DNA of 63,790 bases, filler included, from Collodictyon triciliatum (Eukaryota): the NCBI GenBank assembly GCA_043381765.1. It is 9 parts of 9 records of this genome, joined end to end, with 100 filler letters (N's around TTAATTAATTAA, not from the genome) between each part and the next. Parts side by side here need not be neighbours in the genome. Positions count along the whole stretch, not along the records: positions 1 to 8,357 come from JBHJMP010003462.1; positions 8,458 to 16,815 come from JBHJMP010003463.1; positions 16,916 to 25,270 come from JBHJMP010003464.1; positions 25,371 to 30,313 come from JBHJMP010003466.1; 5 more parts are not named here. One strand, given 5' to 3'. This document shows, piece by piece, positions 1-26,980 of this stretch. A program made the position numbers and the translations under genes. Numbering within the stretch: the stretch's first letter is position 1; the number at the start of each line of letters is the position of its first letter. The notes beneath the pieces were generated by a model. The model ran no database searches and was not told the origin of the DNA. It saw only the letters and a list, made by a program, of their open reading frames with translations.

Positions 1-294
1 CCACGCAAAGCAAGACTCAACAACCAGCCACCCATTCCTGATAACAGACTGGATGACATCATACAAATCTCTTTCCTCAACAGCTTTCTTCGCCACCTGC
101 ACGTTCTCTACTACTCAGACCCTGTGAGAAGAGACATGTGGAAAGAGGCTGAGAAGCATATTAAACCTCGCCTTGTCTCTCTCATGCAAGCACAAGACCC
201 AGGCTACAGGCCAAACCGCAGGATGCAATTGCTGATTACTGACTACTCCTCCGCCACCCGGCCAACAAGTAGCGTCCATGCAAACGATGGCTAG
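1..294 (+). CDS. 3' end of an unidentified intronless ORF, possibly the C-terminus of a retroelement ORF
   Basis: Frame 1 is open from base 1 to TAG at 292-294 (PRKARLNNQPPIPDNRLDDIIQISFLNSFLRHLHVLYYSDP...NDG*). It is GC-richer than the introns and has no diagnostic motif. Confidence 0.3.
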   Translation, partial: PRKARLNNQPPIPDNRLDDIIQISFLNSFLRHLHVLYYSDPVRRDMWKEAEKHIKPRLVSLMQAQDPGYRPNRRMQLLITDYSSATRPTSSVHANDG

Positions 295-399
295 CGAACC
301 AAAGCCAACATCTCCACCATCCTGTACACTGAACTGAGAGTAAAATGCAATATTGAAAAATCAAGTAACAAGATTGAAAGGAGAGAAAGTGTTCTCACA

Positions 400-1266
400 C
401 GCAAACTATTTTACCCGAGGTGAATCAGCTCCAACGCGATTTCTGGTTGTATTCGAGACTGACAGAAGAGCGGATAAAGTTGTCGGGTCGATGAAAGCAC
501 GCACGTGGCAGTTACTTCTCAAGCCGATTCTGACGAGTCCTTTCAACCATATATCTCAGACAAGATGGGCATCTTATTTCATTCAACTGGATGGGTCTTT
601 TGAGGGGACAACGGGTCACTTTCCTTGCGTTTCTTGCTGGGCGACTCAGACTAAAAGCGGTGCATCGTTGTTTGTCTGGTATTCACGGAAGTGTCGCTTG
701 ACCGTCCCCTGGTTTCGGAACCATGCGTAGCCGGCAGTGGACTTTGCTTAACCGGAGTATGGCTACGCGTTTGTGGCTTTAGAAACATACGCTCCTGCTT
801 GCTCGGACTGTCATTAATGTGTGAAGTTCCAAGCTCGGATTCGACTTGTGCTTTTTGCTCATGCTCCTTGGTTCTCGGTGCGACGGGCTGGGGCGGGGTA
901 AACAGACTATCTTTGGTGGGCGCTTATTCTTGTGTTGCCTTCGCTTTGGAGTATCCTTTCGGAGAAGTAACGAAGACTGCCTTGATGCCTCCTATGTTAA
1001 CCATATTCACGTCAGTCTGAATGGGTAGTTTAAGGGGGGATTTCTTTTGGGGTTTAGCGATGCGCTGCTCTTGGGTTTTGCGATGTGCGGGCTTGTCCGG
1101 TGTTGGCGGTGTTGGGGCTCGAGTGCGAGGATTCTAAAGAGGAACCGATATTTCCTTCCATGTCATCGTCTCTGTCGCTGTATGCGCGCATCTGCTGTGA
1201 GTCTTGCGAGCTCTGTTGTTGCCTGGCCTTTATCTTCTTTTCTGAAGAACACAAAAACAAATGCAA
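400..1266 (-). pseudogene. Disrupted S/T/P/Q-rich low-complexity ORF
   Basis: Coding-like minus-strand text (QQQSSQDSQQMRAYSDRDDD...TDVNMVNIGGIKAVFVTSPKG...) broken by in-frame TAA/TAG and a frameshift in the G6 run near 1034-1039. Confidence 0.3.
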
Positions 1267-1340
1267 CCTACAAACTTAAGTAGGCTTTTCGCTCCGCTGG
1301 TATAAATACCTATAATATTGTATAATGAAATATAGAAACA

Positions 1341-2028
1341 ATGCTTCGTGCCCTTAGAAGTGTTCTTGTTCTGATTCTACCATTTATTTTGAGCCTGGTT
1401 TCGACATGTCTGTCGACTAACCCAGTTCATACCAGGAGTAATAATATATATTAATTATAACTTCAAGCTACTGAATTTTACCCAGTTATTTAACGCAACT
1501 CCACAAGTAGCTGAATCACTGAATAAAGTATACTCAAAGATCCCAAAGAAATATCCTCCCGTGTACTCTAAATGCCTCCAAACGCCCACATGCTTACTTT
1601 TTTGCAATAAACTCCGCACCAACCCATTCAAAAGCAGCAAAGCCAAACCCGAATCCGTTGAATTTTCTGGAGTTAATATCACTCGAATCATCGCGAAATA
1701 TGAGCCACTTCCTAGACATCCCCATGATTGCTCGGTGCAGTGCTGCACTCTAGTGCATGCCACCAAATTCAGGAAAATTACCGTACCAAACCCAATAATT
1801 CAAAACTTATTATGCCCTTCGTGCTTCCTTATTACACCAGATTTATGTGTCCATTTTTTTTTTCGGCCTCTTACCAAACTGTCATACAAGGGATTCCATA
1901 CTTATGATACATTTGATTATTATGCAATAATCCGGCTTCAGCTGGACAACGATTTCACCAGCATCCAGAGAAAAGACAATGTTATTTATTTCATCCCAAA
2001 TATTCCTTTTATATGTAATAATGATTAG
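1341..2028 (+). CDS. Small putative secreted protein of unknown function
   Basis: ATG at 1341 gives the hydrophobic leader MLRALRSVLVLILPFILSLVSTCLS. A short GT-AG intron joins it in frame to LLNFTQLFNATPQ...NITRII, which has several N-x-T sequons. The 3' end is uncertain. Confidence 0.35.
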
Positions 2029-2189
2029 GTTTTGGTGGATCTAATATCAGAATGGTATTCAAAAAATTCTTTTATTTTACACTTCAAATGATTTTTAGAT
2101 CCAGACAAACGAATGAAGTAGCCGAAAAATATGACATAATGAATCTGGCTTCATAAAATCTGGAATTATGTTTCTGTCGTTCAAAAATA

Positions 2190-5100
2190 TTAATCATTTT
2201 CATACAATGGACTATACTTTCGACAAGTGTGTGTATTTATTTGTGAACCTGTCTTTTCTTTCATGTATTTGTCCTCTTGCTTAATACACCTGGGTTGCGC
2301 GAATAGATTTGTTTTTATCTTCGGTGGCGCTCTGGCTTTGTGAATCTGCGAACCATGATTTGCTTCAGCCGCTTGGGAAGGGTATACAGTTAATAGACCA
2401 AAAAAATTCAAAACTCAGAACTAAAATAAGGAGAATTATTAATATCTTGCATTAAAACTGGTTGAGCAATATTTTCATGCATCACGCTCTGGTGGCCTAA
2501 TTATTGACAAAAACAGTTACCGATGTATATAAAAAATAAACCTTCATGAATGAATACACATCAACCGGTGCGATTGGATGAGTCTCGAGCTCAGTAGTGG
2601 TGACCTAAGGAGTTTTCACCGTTGGGCCATGTGCTATGAGTTGTACAATAACATGATTCATGAAAAGATTTTTACTAAACCTGAAAACCCACTGCCACAG
2701 AATTCTTGACCACCTCCAAGGGAGCCTCCGGATCGATTGTTTGTATGACTGCAGTAGCCTACGGAGATTTTCATTTCATAAATGAACATCGTGTATGTGA
2801 GGACCAGATTTTTTTATAATTTTCTCAAAATGCGAAATATGCAATAGTTTTTTAAAAATAATAAAGGATTGCAATTACATATATTTATTAAGGAAGGACT
2901 AAGCTTTACCTGTGTGGGAGAAACACCGATTTCGGATGCACCAGACTCCAGGCATTGCTCAATATTTAAAAGGAGCTCTTCCATGTCGACGATGTATTGG
3001 TCTTGCAGAACTTCCACAAAAACAGACTGTGCACATAATTTCGAGATTAGTTCAATGCATAATATATCTCCTGGATGTCTTCAAAATGAATAAATTAGAT
3101 ATGTGTAAAGTTTTCAGGTATTCCGGCCAAGACCGATACGGAATGAAAAAGACATATTGCTATATCATGGAAATTATTTCATGCATGTCTCTGATTTTAT
3201 GTGATTTACAGGTTTTCCATGATTGTCTCCAAAGAGTGTATCGCAGTTGACGCGACCGTCCTTGTATTGGTTGGTCAGAAGTTGTCGGACCACCTATCAA
3301 GCATTAATAATTGACTAAAAGAGGATGGCATGTAAAATGAGATTTTTTTAATTACATGAATATCATCGTCGCCTTTCGATGGAAATGCTTCTTGAATCCC
3401 TTCTAATATGTCATCCATAGTGAGAACTGTACTTTGATCTCCTTTCTTCAATTTGGCTTTCTCTGCTTTGTTCTGTACGATTTTAAAAGTTTTAAGAAAG
3501 TAACTTGCGAGGATACATGAAATATGAGAGTATGCGATGTCCGAATTTGAGAACTTTGGTTTTCATGTTTATGTAAAGACCGCTAGTTAAAAAAGCAAGG
3601 ATTGTCTTTTGTCTGCGATGCGAAAAGGAGTTGAAATAAAACACAATTTGAGTATTTACAAGCGTTTCTCGCAGATAGAAGATCAAATTTTGCATCTCAA
3701 AATACGCATCCTCACAAATGGATTGTGTTGCAGTTTTGTAAAATATTAAGCAAATAGGGTCGGATTTGTGCATCTCAGATGCGCTTAGAATATTCCGAGC
3801 CCATTCTGTATTAACATGTAGCTTATTTAATATAGTGCCATCTCTTTAAAAATTATTCGCATTTATTTTTACACAAGTAAGGATATACTTCCAACGAGAC
3901 CGATACATTCTAAGCGAAAGAGATGTCGTAAACCCACCTGTGGCACCCGTGTTGTATCGCATCTTCAGAAAATTGTAAATAAAGTCTGCAAACGAAATTC
4001 TGTTTTTTAGGATTTTGCTTCCCGCAGTGTATTTTTCTTCTCGATTTAAACTAGATTATAATCAATAATTAAAATTCGCTATATTTGTCGTTCTGATTGC
4101 ATCATGAGGTGCATTAGCAGGTGTAATCATGAGTAAGATAGATGATGTGCTTAGGTACGTCAAATGTAAATGAGAGTTCTCAAAACCTCCTGAAATTTCC
4201 GTATAGCGAGCGGAGTTCTTCCAAACGCTTAGTGAATATTTCTTTGATGATGGTATCCAAAACACTTTTTGTGATATGGCGATATTCGCACCTCGCTGTT
4301 GGTATTACTTATGTCATGATTTTCGGTCATTCGTAGTATGCATGACAATTCAATAAAAAGGCGTTTTCATTTTCGGTATTGCCTCACCTGATGTGAATGA
4401 GTTCCTCAAAAAGATGGGTATTCGGTCGCTATGATGAACAGAAAAAGGAATGAAAGGTAAACTATGTGGATGAATCATACCCATGAATTTTTGTGATATG
4501 CCTTCCATACCGTCTTAATCTTTTCCACTATAAGGAAAAAAAATTCATAACAAAAGGTACCTTATTCCGAGATTGGCATGATATTTTCTTGAACATGATG
4601 CAGTTACACCCGCTTGCCTATTTCCGTGACTTTCAGATATATCCGTCTGCTTTGACATGGATGAGTCTCTGCCACCGTCAATCATATCAGTATCCTGCAT
4701 TTTAACCAGAATGAATTAAACTTAAGGGTAATTAATTGTTGCCCATGCATATCGTTCTAGAATCAAACATTAGTTCTTTCTTCTCCGTTCGCATCCTCAT
4801 TCTCAATTTCATGTCCTCTCTTCTCTCCATGGTCCTTTGGTGTTGACTTCAAAGATGATATCTGCACAGTTTAAAAACAAGGTCAGTGTAATGAATGTTT
4901 GGGTAATTTATGAAAAATGACATTCGTAGAGTTTGATTTAGCATTACCAGAAGAGGTATAACTATAATCATTATTTTTACAATTACTGTTACAATTGCTA
5001 TTGTTATAACTAATGCTATGGTTATGACTATGGTTATGGTTATGGTTATGACTATGACTATGACTATGACTATGACTATGACTATGACTATGACTATGAC

Positions 5101-6652
5101 TATGACTATGACTATGACTATGACTATGACTATGACTATGACTATGACTATGACTATGACTATGACTATGACTATGACTATGACTATGACTATGACTATG
5201 ACTATGACTATGACTATGACTATGACTATGACTATGACTATGACTATGACTATGACTATGACTATAGCTACCATCGCGTTAGTATCATGTCATCAATTTT
5301 TACCGTTTTGACAAGTGAAGCTATCACATCAAATGTAGAGATATTTTCTCCGAACTCGCCGAGAATGCCCTATTTAGATTCCATAATATGTGTCATACTT
5401 AGACATTAAAATCAAGCAAAAAAAATAAAATAAAATAAAAAAAACAGGGACCATACAACGTGCTCCAATCAGTTGGTTTGAAAGTTGGTGCGATGTCTAG
5501 TGTTAGCAGAACAAGCACGTCTAACAGAGACGAATTCCTAGATATGAAAGACACATACCATCAATGGCTTCAAGTCCGGACGAGGAGTCATGCTTTCACC
5601 CATGGTTTTAATTTTATCTTCTAGTTCATTTATTTTATCTGCATATTCACTGTTTGTTGCCTTGAGTTTCTTGTGTGCTGTATGTAGCTTTTTTTTGTAT
5701 GGTTAACATTATTTAAGAAAGGAGAGCGTTTAAGTTTACAGCTATTGATATTTAACTATTCATGCTTTATTCTAGGTATTAACATGTATTTCAAGATAAC
5801 CGTGACGCATGCGTTTTGAATAAATATATATATATATATATAAAGCGTTGAATTTCTTCCATCAAAGTTTGAAGAAATACCACAAAATATTTGGACTTGA
5901 GAATAGATAGTGCTTCTTTCTTTTGATTCAGTTCTGTTTGAGCCTCCTTCAAGACTGACTTTGGAACATGGTCTAGAATTCTATCATTTAAATCAAAAGG
6001 AAAGAATAAAGGTTATATGCAAGTTATCGCTCAGTCATAAAAAAAAAAAGTTGAAATCGGAAGATGTGAGAGTTTGCCGAGGTAATTCGTAAACATGTAT
6101 TTGAGGTGTCTTTTAAAAAAAAAATACTTCGTCTGGAGTTCGCCCAAGCGCTGCCAGTCTTCTGAAAAGTCTACCTTTATCTCATCTCGCTTCTCCCCGT
6201 TCAGGGCCCTTTTTATTTCAAGGTCTTTCACCTTTCTTGACATCTGATGAGGTGAGGGAAAATCTTGATTCTTTTTTTTTTCATGTAATAGCGAGGTTTC
6301 ACAAGTGGGCAAATATAGTAAGTGTATTATATTTGGAATAGAAAGCAGGTGAGTGTTACCCTCGTAATGATATCGATCAGCTCAACAACACGGAGGCGGT
6401 ACCCCTCACATTCACTTTCAGCAGCTTCCACGTCTGCGTACAAGGTCATTGTCCTATTAACGTCTGTGTGGATAATAATTAAAGTCTCCTCAAGTACGAT
6501 ATCTCATAAAATATAACACCGAAACATTAAACCTTCGTGATTTGTGCATTTAGATTTACTTCATCAACTAAAATGTGTTACCCTTTTCTTGTTCTTTGTC
6601 AAATATTTTACGTTGCAAACGTATCTCTTGTTCTTTGAACTCACAATTTCCT

Positions 6653-6685
<33 letters not shown>

Positions 6686-8041
6686 CAGTTTCCATTATTT
6701 AATAGGCAAGTTCGGCTATGGGGAATAATTTATTTGATAGGAATATTTTCAAAAATAATAGTAATTTGTTACGGCAATTAATTACCTCTTTTTTCCATTT
6801 AAACACAGAGAGGAGTACATACTCTTTTTTTTTTTTTCATTTATTCGATTCAAAGAGAGTACATACTTGAGTTCCGCAATTTCTTCCTGTAGCTGTGCGA
6901 TGTGCTCGTTCTTTTTTTTACTCTTTCTTTCTATCTCCTGGTATTCCTCGCGGACATAGTCTCTACATATTTGGAGAAAATAAAATAAAAAAAGGGTATC
7001 ACCAATCGGAGACAAATGTGGAGCGATACTACAACATGAAAAGTGATTTTAAATGACTTCCATGCACTTTTCTTCAAAATTAACAATAGGACATCTCGAA
7101 ATGAGAATATAGCCCACGATTGTTATTTTTTTTCTTTGTAGAAAAAAACCTCTCATTCTCCATATGACGCACGTGCTCGAAATATGGGGCATTTGGATCG
7201 GTACAACATCGCGAAGCGCATCGCCTTTGACTAAAAACACACCGTTTGACATAGCCTTGCAGCTGTGTCAATAGGCTCTCAAGCGGCCCAGCGAAACGGT
7301 AGAACTCATCTGACGAATGTATAAATGCAGACAAAATGTGTTCAATATTTGGCGTATGTGTGAATCATTCCGTTCCCAAATATATATAAATTTATCTCTC
7401 TGCAATCCCTCTCTGCAGCCTCTGAATGGATGCAATAGAAGGCTTATTTGGATGTGCCTTGTAATCTTCATGAGTATATATGTGATTAGGAAGTTCAACA
7501 GAAATCCTTACTGAGAAGATCGAGTGCATTTTGCAAGAGTTCCATGTCGGGTGCGATGTTCGCTGGCCTTTTTGCTATTTTGTTGACGATTTCTGCCACG
7601 CGAACTTCATATTCAACGCCTATTATTAAAAAAACAATCTCAATCGCAAATTTATCAGATAACTAAATTAAAGTAGGATTTTATTTGATATCCAAATATT
7701 CATACTTTGATAAATAAAGCACGCAATAAAAAGATCGAATAGATAAATCTAAAAAAAATTACAGTCGGAGTTGTATTTGACCATATGATTTAAGCGAGCC
7801 TGTCGATTCAAATATCCAATTCAATTAGTATAATGGGCGCTATCGAGACTTAATATAGTTCTTTAAAGAAATGCTCGAAGGATGTAAAGCGTGCGTAGGA
7901 AGAAACCCAATGCGTCGTTCCTTTTTAACTTATGACAATACAAAGACAAACTTTGTAAGCGTTGGATTCAAAGTCAGACAGTTCCAAAATCCCTCCCGAA
8001 ACTTCCATTCCTATTCCCCTCGATTTCAAGGACGATCGACC
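2190..8041 (-). CDS. TSNAXIP1: TSNAXIP1-like coiled-coil/EF-hand-like ciliary protein; multi-exon, 5' end may run off the contig
   Basis: Exons translate to LLQNALDLL/SDEFYRFAGPLESLLTQLQGY (TSNAXIP1_N-like), coiled coils, CEYRHITKSVLDTIIKEIF, SFADFIYNFLKMRY and EWARNILSASEMHKSDPICLIFYKTATQSICEDAY, in the order typical of the family. Confidence 0.7.
5048..5265. repeat. (ACTATG)n hexanucleotide microsatellite, intronic
   Basis: Direct tandem repeat. Confidence 0.97.
6813..6867 (-). mobile_element. Ultra-truncated retroposon 3' end with poly(A) and 11-bp TSD
   Basis: GAGTACATACT at 6813-6823 and 6857-6867 flanks poly-T plus TTTATTCGATTCAAAG. Confidence 0.75.
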
Positions 8042-8212
8042 TGCAAATCAAAATATTTTATTTAATTGCTAACTACAATCTTATTAAAGGAGGGCAAGCG
8101 TTTTGGCGGTTTTTTTTAGTATATAAAAAAATCTCAACAAAGGTTTGTGCAGTGTGTGGCATTTCCTCAAATATCACCACGAAGCTCTCTCCAAGGTGAA
8201 ATAACAGGTATG

Positions 8213-8357
8213 ATAGACATAGACATAGACATAGACATAGACATCGACATAGACATAGACATCGACATAGACATAGACATAGACATAGACATAGACATAG
8301 ACATAGACATAGACATAGACATAGACATAGACATAGACATAGACATAGACATAGACA
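8213..8357. repeat. (ATAGAC)n microsatellite at contig end
   Basis: Direct tandem repeat. Confidence 0.95.
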
Positions 8358-8457
8358 NNNNNNNNNNNNNNNNNNNNNNNNNNNNNNNNNNNNNNNNNNN
8401 NTTAATTAATTAANNNNNNNNNNNNNNNNNNNNNNNNNNNNNNNNNNNNNNNNNNNN
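8358..8457. other. Artificial contig-joining spacer N44-TTAATTAATTAA-N44; identical spacers at 16816, 25271, 30314, 38761, 45204, 53647 and 62103
   Basis: The same 100-nt spacer, with stops in all six frames, occurs eight times. Confidence 0.97.
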
Positions 8458-8864
8458 AAGAAGAGAGAAAAAAAAAAGAAGAGAAAAAAAAGAAGAGAAA
8501 AAAAAAGAAGAGAAAAAAAGAAGAGAAAAAAAGAAGAGAAAAAAAGAAGAGAAAAAAAGAAGAGAAAAAAAGAAGAGAAAAAAAGAGAGAAAAAAAGAAA
8601 AGAAAAAAGAAAAGGAAAAAGGAAAAAGGGAGAGAGAAGAGAAAAGAGAAAAAAGAAGAGAAAAAAGAAGAGAAAAAAGAAGAGAAAAAAAAGAAGAGAA
8701 AAAAAAAGAAGAGAAAAAAAGAGAGAAAAAGAGGGAGAGAAATAAGAAGAGGCACACCACTGCAAAACTTCTCTGCATATATCTTTAGCCTTTGAGAGGA
8801 CTCAACCAGGTTTCGATACCCGACGACATCGAAGCAAACTCGAAGGAAGCTGCTCCACAAAGCA

Positions 8865-16691
<7,827 letters not shown>

Positions 16692-16755
16692 GGTTAGTTT
16701 AATAATGGTAATGATAATAATAGTAATAATAGTAATAATAGTAATAATAGTAATA

Positions 16756-16815
<60 letters not shown>

Positions 16816-17643
16816 NNNNNNNNNNNNNNNNNNNNNNNNNNNNNNNNNNNNNNNNNNNNTTAATTAATTAANNNNNNNNNNNNNNNNNNNNNNNNNNNNN
16901 NNNNNNNNNNNNNNNAAAAACAAAATAAAAACAAAATAAAAACAAAATAAAAACAAAATAAAAACAAAATAAAAACAAAATAAAAACAAAATAAAAACAA
17001 AATAAAAACAAAACGAAATAAAACCCATGAAAACTCCCATAAAAACCAAAAACAAAATGTTATGAATAAAAGGCAACATACATAATTGAGGCGTTGCCCA
17101 TCTATTTGAGTGCTAAGTACAATAAGACACTTGGGATGTAACAGCAAGGCTCACGCCAAATTGATATTTAGGATCAAGCTGTTTGGAAAATAAAAGGAGT
17201 TGTAATATTTTCTATGCCTTTCCAATAATCCCTCCCCCTTTTTTTTTTCATGACAGACTGCTAAACAACCTTCTTTTCTTCTTTACATAACCATAACTTG
17301 CTCTTTTTTCACATAGCCCTCTTCTCTCCTTATTTCACTGAAATAACCGAAGGCTTGTCAATATTTTGGTTTCGTAAAAGACACATGCCATAGGATAATA
17401 TGGGTTCTGTGTACGAGAGGCTTAAAAATGATTATAATAATGAAAAAAATGCAACACATCAATTTCAACCACTTTTGGAGATATAATAACAAAGAAAGCA
17501 ATATTCACAATCTGATTTGACATATCCATTGCACCCACCGCCACTTGACAGAAAAGCAAAGAACAGTCCAAAACATTCTCAAGCATTAGCACAAAAATAA
17601 AACATTCATTCAATTTAACAATATTGAGGCAGGATCTTTTCTG

Positions 17644-22987
<5,344 letters not shown>

Positions 22988-23380
22988 TTGCTAAGATGAA
23001 AGTCCTACTGTTAAGATATGCATTCACATTTTATTGCGGCATTTTACTTCTGCCTGAAGATGTTGGATTATGGCCCTGTATCAATTGATATACATTTCCT
23101 TCTTTTTTTTTTTGATGTCTTTTATATACTGCGGTAATATTTTTGTCATGATTATTTAATCAATCCCTTATAAAAACGTATTTTATTTGGATTTTATTCA
23201 TTTTATTCACTTATGTTGAACGAGTAATTTGTTTATTTTTCTCGTATTATCCAATAAAAGTGCCAATCCCCAGTCTCTTTCTAAGCATGGCCGATTGATT
23301 GTAACAACTATGATTCAAGTCATGTTTCTTTTAGGAAAATGATGCAAATACTATAAACATAGAAAGACTCAGAATATAAA

Positions 23381-24804
23381 CTATTGTGAATTAAATTGTA
23401 ACCAATGGTGATACATACTTTAATGTTTGAACTACAGTCATTCATTAAAGAAATTAACTTGAGGGTCTTTTCAACATCTATTCATTACAAAGGTAGCCAA
23501 GCAACTTCATTTACCAAATACAATTATAATCAGAGCACTCATTTCGGTATACATTTATGGATGTCTAACAAAGTGGTCATAATCCTTGATTCAGAAATGG
23601 TTGTTACCGTGACAGTTTTCAAGTTGGATGCGTATTTGGTCCAATTTTGCATACAAAACTGATACAAGAGAAGTGCCTATTTCATCCTGGCCTTGTGAGC
23701 CAAGTCCATGCATAAGCGGAGGAGGCTAAAACATACGAATACAAGTGAAGAATTAAGCACATTGACAAGCAAATGCTGGTCGATGGAGAAAATCTTCCAT
23801 TTGAAGGGAATATATTACAGCTTTATTTTCATTTTTTTTTTCAGGTGACGGGAAATACAATAATGGGCTAATTAAAGGTGACAGAGAATGAAAATAAAAC
23901 GATGAAATGATGAAATTAAACAAAGCCGCAGAAAAGGTTTATTTATGAAATCTCTATATACTTGTGTTGAAGGGACTGGCAGAGGTACATTCGTGCGAGT
24001 TGCCTTTGAATCAACCTGACATGAATTTTACAGCATGAATTATTACAAGGAGTTTGAAATTAGAGGGAGAAAAAAAGGAAAGAAAAGAAACATTGCTATG
24101 TAATCACAGGTTCTTAAATAAAAAAATCAATATGAATAAAGGATTTTTTTTAGACGATTCAATATGTTCTTGGTTTGAATTTGTGACCGTAAAAGATACT
24201 ACACGCACTTTTCATATTATATATATACACACCTTCGGCTGCTTATCCTCTGCTTGGTGGAAATATATATATATATATATGACCATTTAGCTCAGTATGT
24301 GAACGGATGTACTACCAACACATAGCATACCTCAATTCCAAACATAGATTATATGGTTACCTTTCTGTACCGTTTTTGGGGATTTACTTTCGACGACTTT
24401 GGTTTGGTTGCAAGAGACGCAAACGACTTGATTCAGTCGATTGCGCATGAGTGGAACCTTTTGGGGGAAAAAACAAAACAAAACAAAAGTAGAATAGGAT
24501 AAAAACAAACAAACAATTAGTTGCTCGTGTATCAATAGATATAAAACTCTATACATATGTGGAGCAGTGCTTCATTTTTCTTATCTTCTCCACTATATTT
24601 TTTTCTTTAAAACGAAATAAACAGAGAATAAAAAGAAAAGAAGATGGAAAGACATACGGCACATTCAGGGTTGCTGCAATAATCATTCAAGAGTGCCCAT
24701 CCCTCCAGTAGCTTGCTCGCTATCGCGGTGCTATTTGCGTCATTTTTCTTTCGGCGTGCTTGTATACTCAACTTTTCGGCCTCAGAAGGAGGCTGTGGCT
24801 CCAT
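23381..24804 (-). CDS. ZNRD2: ZNRD2/SSSCA1 (Auto_anti-p27 zinc ribbon) protein
   Basis: IQARRKKNDANSTAIASKLLEGWALLNDYCSNPECA/VPLMRNRLNQVVCVSC, plus a C-terminal helical segment LYAKLDQIRIQL..LISLMNDC. The stop position is approximate. Confidence 0.8.
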
Positions 24805-25055
24805 CTCTAATATAAATATGTTTATACAATGGACTCTAAGAGAGGCAAAACAGGTCTTCAATAGATACTTGAAGGGGGTTCCTTCAGAGTAAAACAATCA
24901 AGAGAATGGATATGCGAATATGTATTCAGCAGCCGCGCAATACCTTCACTTTCGTAGAAGCCTGGGGTGGGATCAAGGGGTTATAAATATGGTTATTATA
25001 CTTAGCTTAGAGTAAAATGATTAGAGTATGACACATTATGTCAGTAAGTAAATAG

Positions 25056-25270
25056 ACCAATAAACCAATAAACCAATAGACCAATAAACCAATAAACCAA
25101 TAAACCAATAAACCAATAAACCAATAAACCAATAAACCAATAAACCAATAAAAATCCAAATAAATAAGCCAAACAAAAACCAATAAAAAAACCAATAAAA
25201 AAACCAATAAAAAAACCAATAAAAAAACCAATAAAAAAACCAATAAAAAAACCAATAAAAAACCAATAAA
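25056..25270. repeat. (AAACCAAT)n / (AAAAAAACCAAT)n repeat at contig end
   Basis: Direct tandem repeat. Confidence 0.9.
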
Positions 25271-25370
25271 NNNNNNNNNNNNNNNNNNNNNNNNNNNNNN
25301 NNNNNNNNNNNNNNTTAATTAATTAANNNNNNNNNNNNNNNNNNNNNNNNNNNNNNNNNNNNNNNNNNNN

Positions 25371-25407
<37 letters not shown>

Positions 25408-25551
25408 GATTGCTCTGATTAAATTTGATGTAAGTCGGAACAACTATTATAAGTCATAGGCATAATTCTTATAAAAAGAAGTGAAAAGAAAAAATTGGTG
25501 AATTTTGAGAGCTAGAGAATAAAGAATAAATGTTCGATCATAAGGCTAATG

Positions 25552-26942
25552 TACCAAATTAAAGAACGACTGCTGTAGGCCGTGGTAGTCTGACTTTAAT
25601 TTCTTGTTCTCAGCGACAGCATCAATGTATTGGGACGAGTAGACCTGCAACATAATTATTGAACTCATTTTCAATTAACTTCTCCTTTAAACACAATCAA
25701 AGTGATATATTTGATAGAGAGCGTGTCATTTCATCAGGTCGGAAAAATATTATAGAAATCTATGCTTGGTACCATATTGGACATAGTATCACGAAATTTT
25801 GCGTTCTCCATCAAAGCTTGGTGCAGGTCATTTTGAACTAAATATCGCGAGTATACATGACATCTGTCCATTTTATTTTCTTTTTTCTTCTTAATATAGG
25901 TAACTTATGTACAATTTATGTGCATCTATCGAAAAAAATTTCTTTTGTTCATGGTGTTGTCTCTATTGACCATGAGCCATGGTCTCTTCTCATCTTTTTT
26001 TTAAAAATTTTTTGATTTTTTTTGTTGCAGTTTTTACATGCTTTTTTTTTTATTAATTAAATATCAATATTATATTTTATTGATGCCAAATTGTTGTTTA
26101 TTTACGTGTTTCAAGCTGTATACGGTATTTTTTCTCTGACCGTTTATAATCATCCAATTCGATATCCTTCTGGAATATGGCCTCCTCCTGCTTTCTCACT
26201 TTTTCCACAAAACTAAATTTCGAATTTTATTTCTCTTTGATTACTTTTATATTTTTATATAATTTCCTTCAATTTGAGCGTGATGGGGGTTAGAAAGCTA
26301 CAATACACGAAATAATCAAAATTGGAGAACAGGCCGTATGAATTTCTATCAATTTACATCATCAAAGTATTTAAATTAACATCGATAGAAAGATAGATCA
26401 GATTTAAGTAGAAATAGTTAATTTTCCATATTGAATATTACTCTTGTCTCCAATCAAAGGAACCTCGAATATTTTCCCGAGCAAATTCCAATTGAAGAGA
26501 TATTTTTGATGTCTAGAAAGAAAATGATTTCTTTTTAAAAAAAAAATAATCGTCCCTTCATTATATTAAGTACACTAAAGGATAAGTATATTCAATACAA
26601 ATATCATGGACTTTATTTCTGAGTCGGAAGTTTAACGATAGAGTTAAAAATAAAAAAGTGCAAAGAAAGTGCAAATAAAAATTGAACTTCGTCTAGAGCT
26701 ATTCGCAATTGAGATTTACAATCGTTCAACTCTTGCACTTTTGCATCGTACTTCGTCCTAAATCATGAAATATTTGAGAGACCTTTATCATTTACAAAAT
26801 ATCAAAGTTATGAAGGAAAACCTCCACCCATCCATTTCTTCCTCTACAGTTTCTGTCCATTTTTCCCACTCTTGTTTGTATTGTTGAGTGATTGTTTGAA
26901 GTCTTGTTTCAATAGGCTTCCTAAAAAAAAAAAAAAAAAAAA

Positions 26943-26980
<38 letters not shown>

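Noticed and set aside
400-1266. In-frame TAA/TAG suggesting a UAR=Gln genetic code
   Set aside because: The region also needs a frameshift. The conserved exons read elsewhere have no in-frame UAR, and genes end in TAA or TAG (LRRC49, the hydrolase), so decay explains it better.
4849-5311. Long ORFs such as (IV)n and (MT)n, and similar poly-Y, poly-C, poly-L and FFSL ORFs elsewhere
   Set aside because: They are translations of intronic or intergenic microsatellites.
8402-8413. Recurrent palindromic TTAATTAATTAA as a biological motif
   Set aside because: It always sits in the centre of an identical N-padded 100-nt block, so it is an assembly linker.
25056-25270. (AAACCAAT)n as a telomere
   Set aside because: The C-rich strand runs toward the contig 3' end (wrong polarity), the unit length drifts, and other contigs end in unrelated microsatellites.
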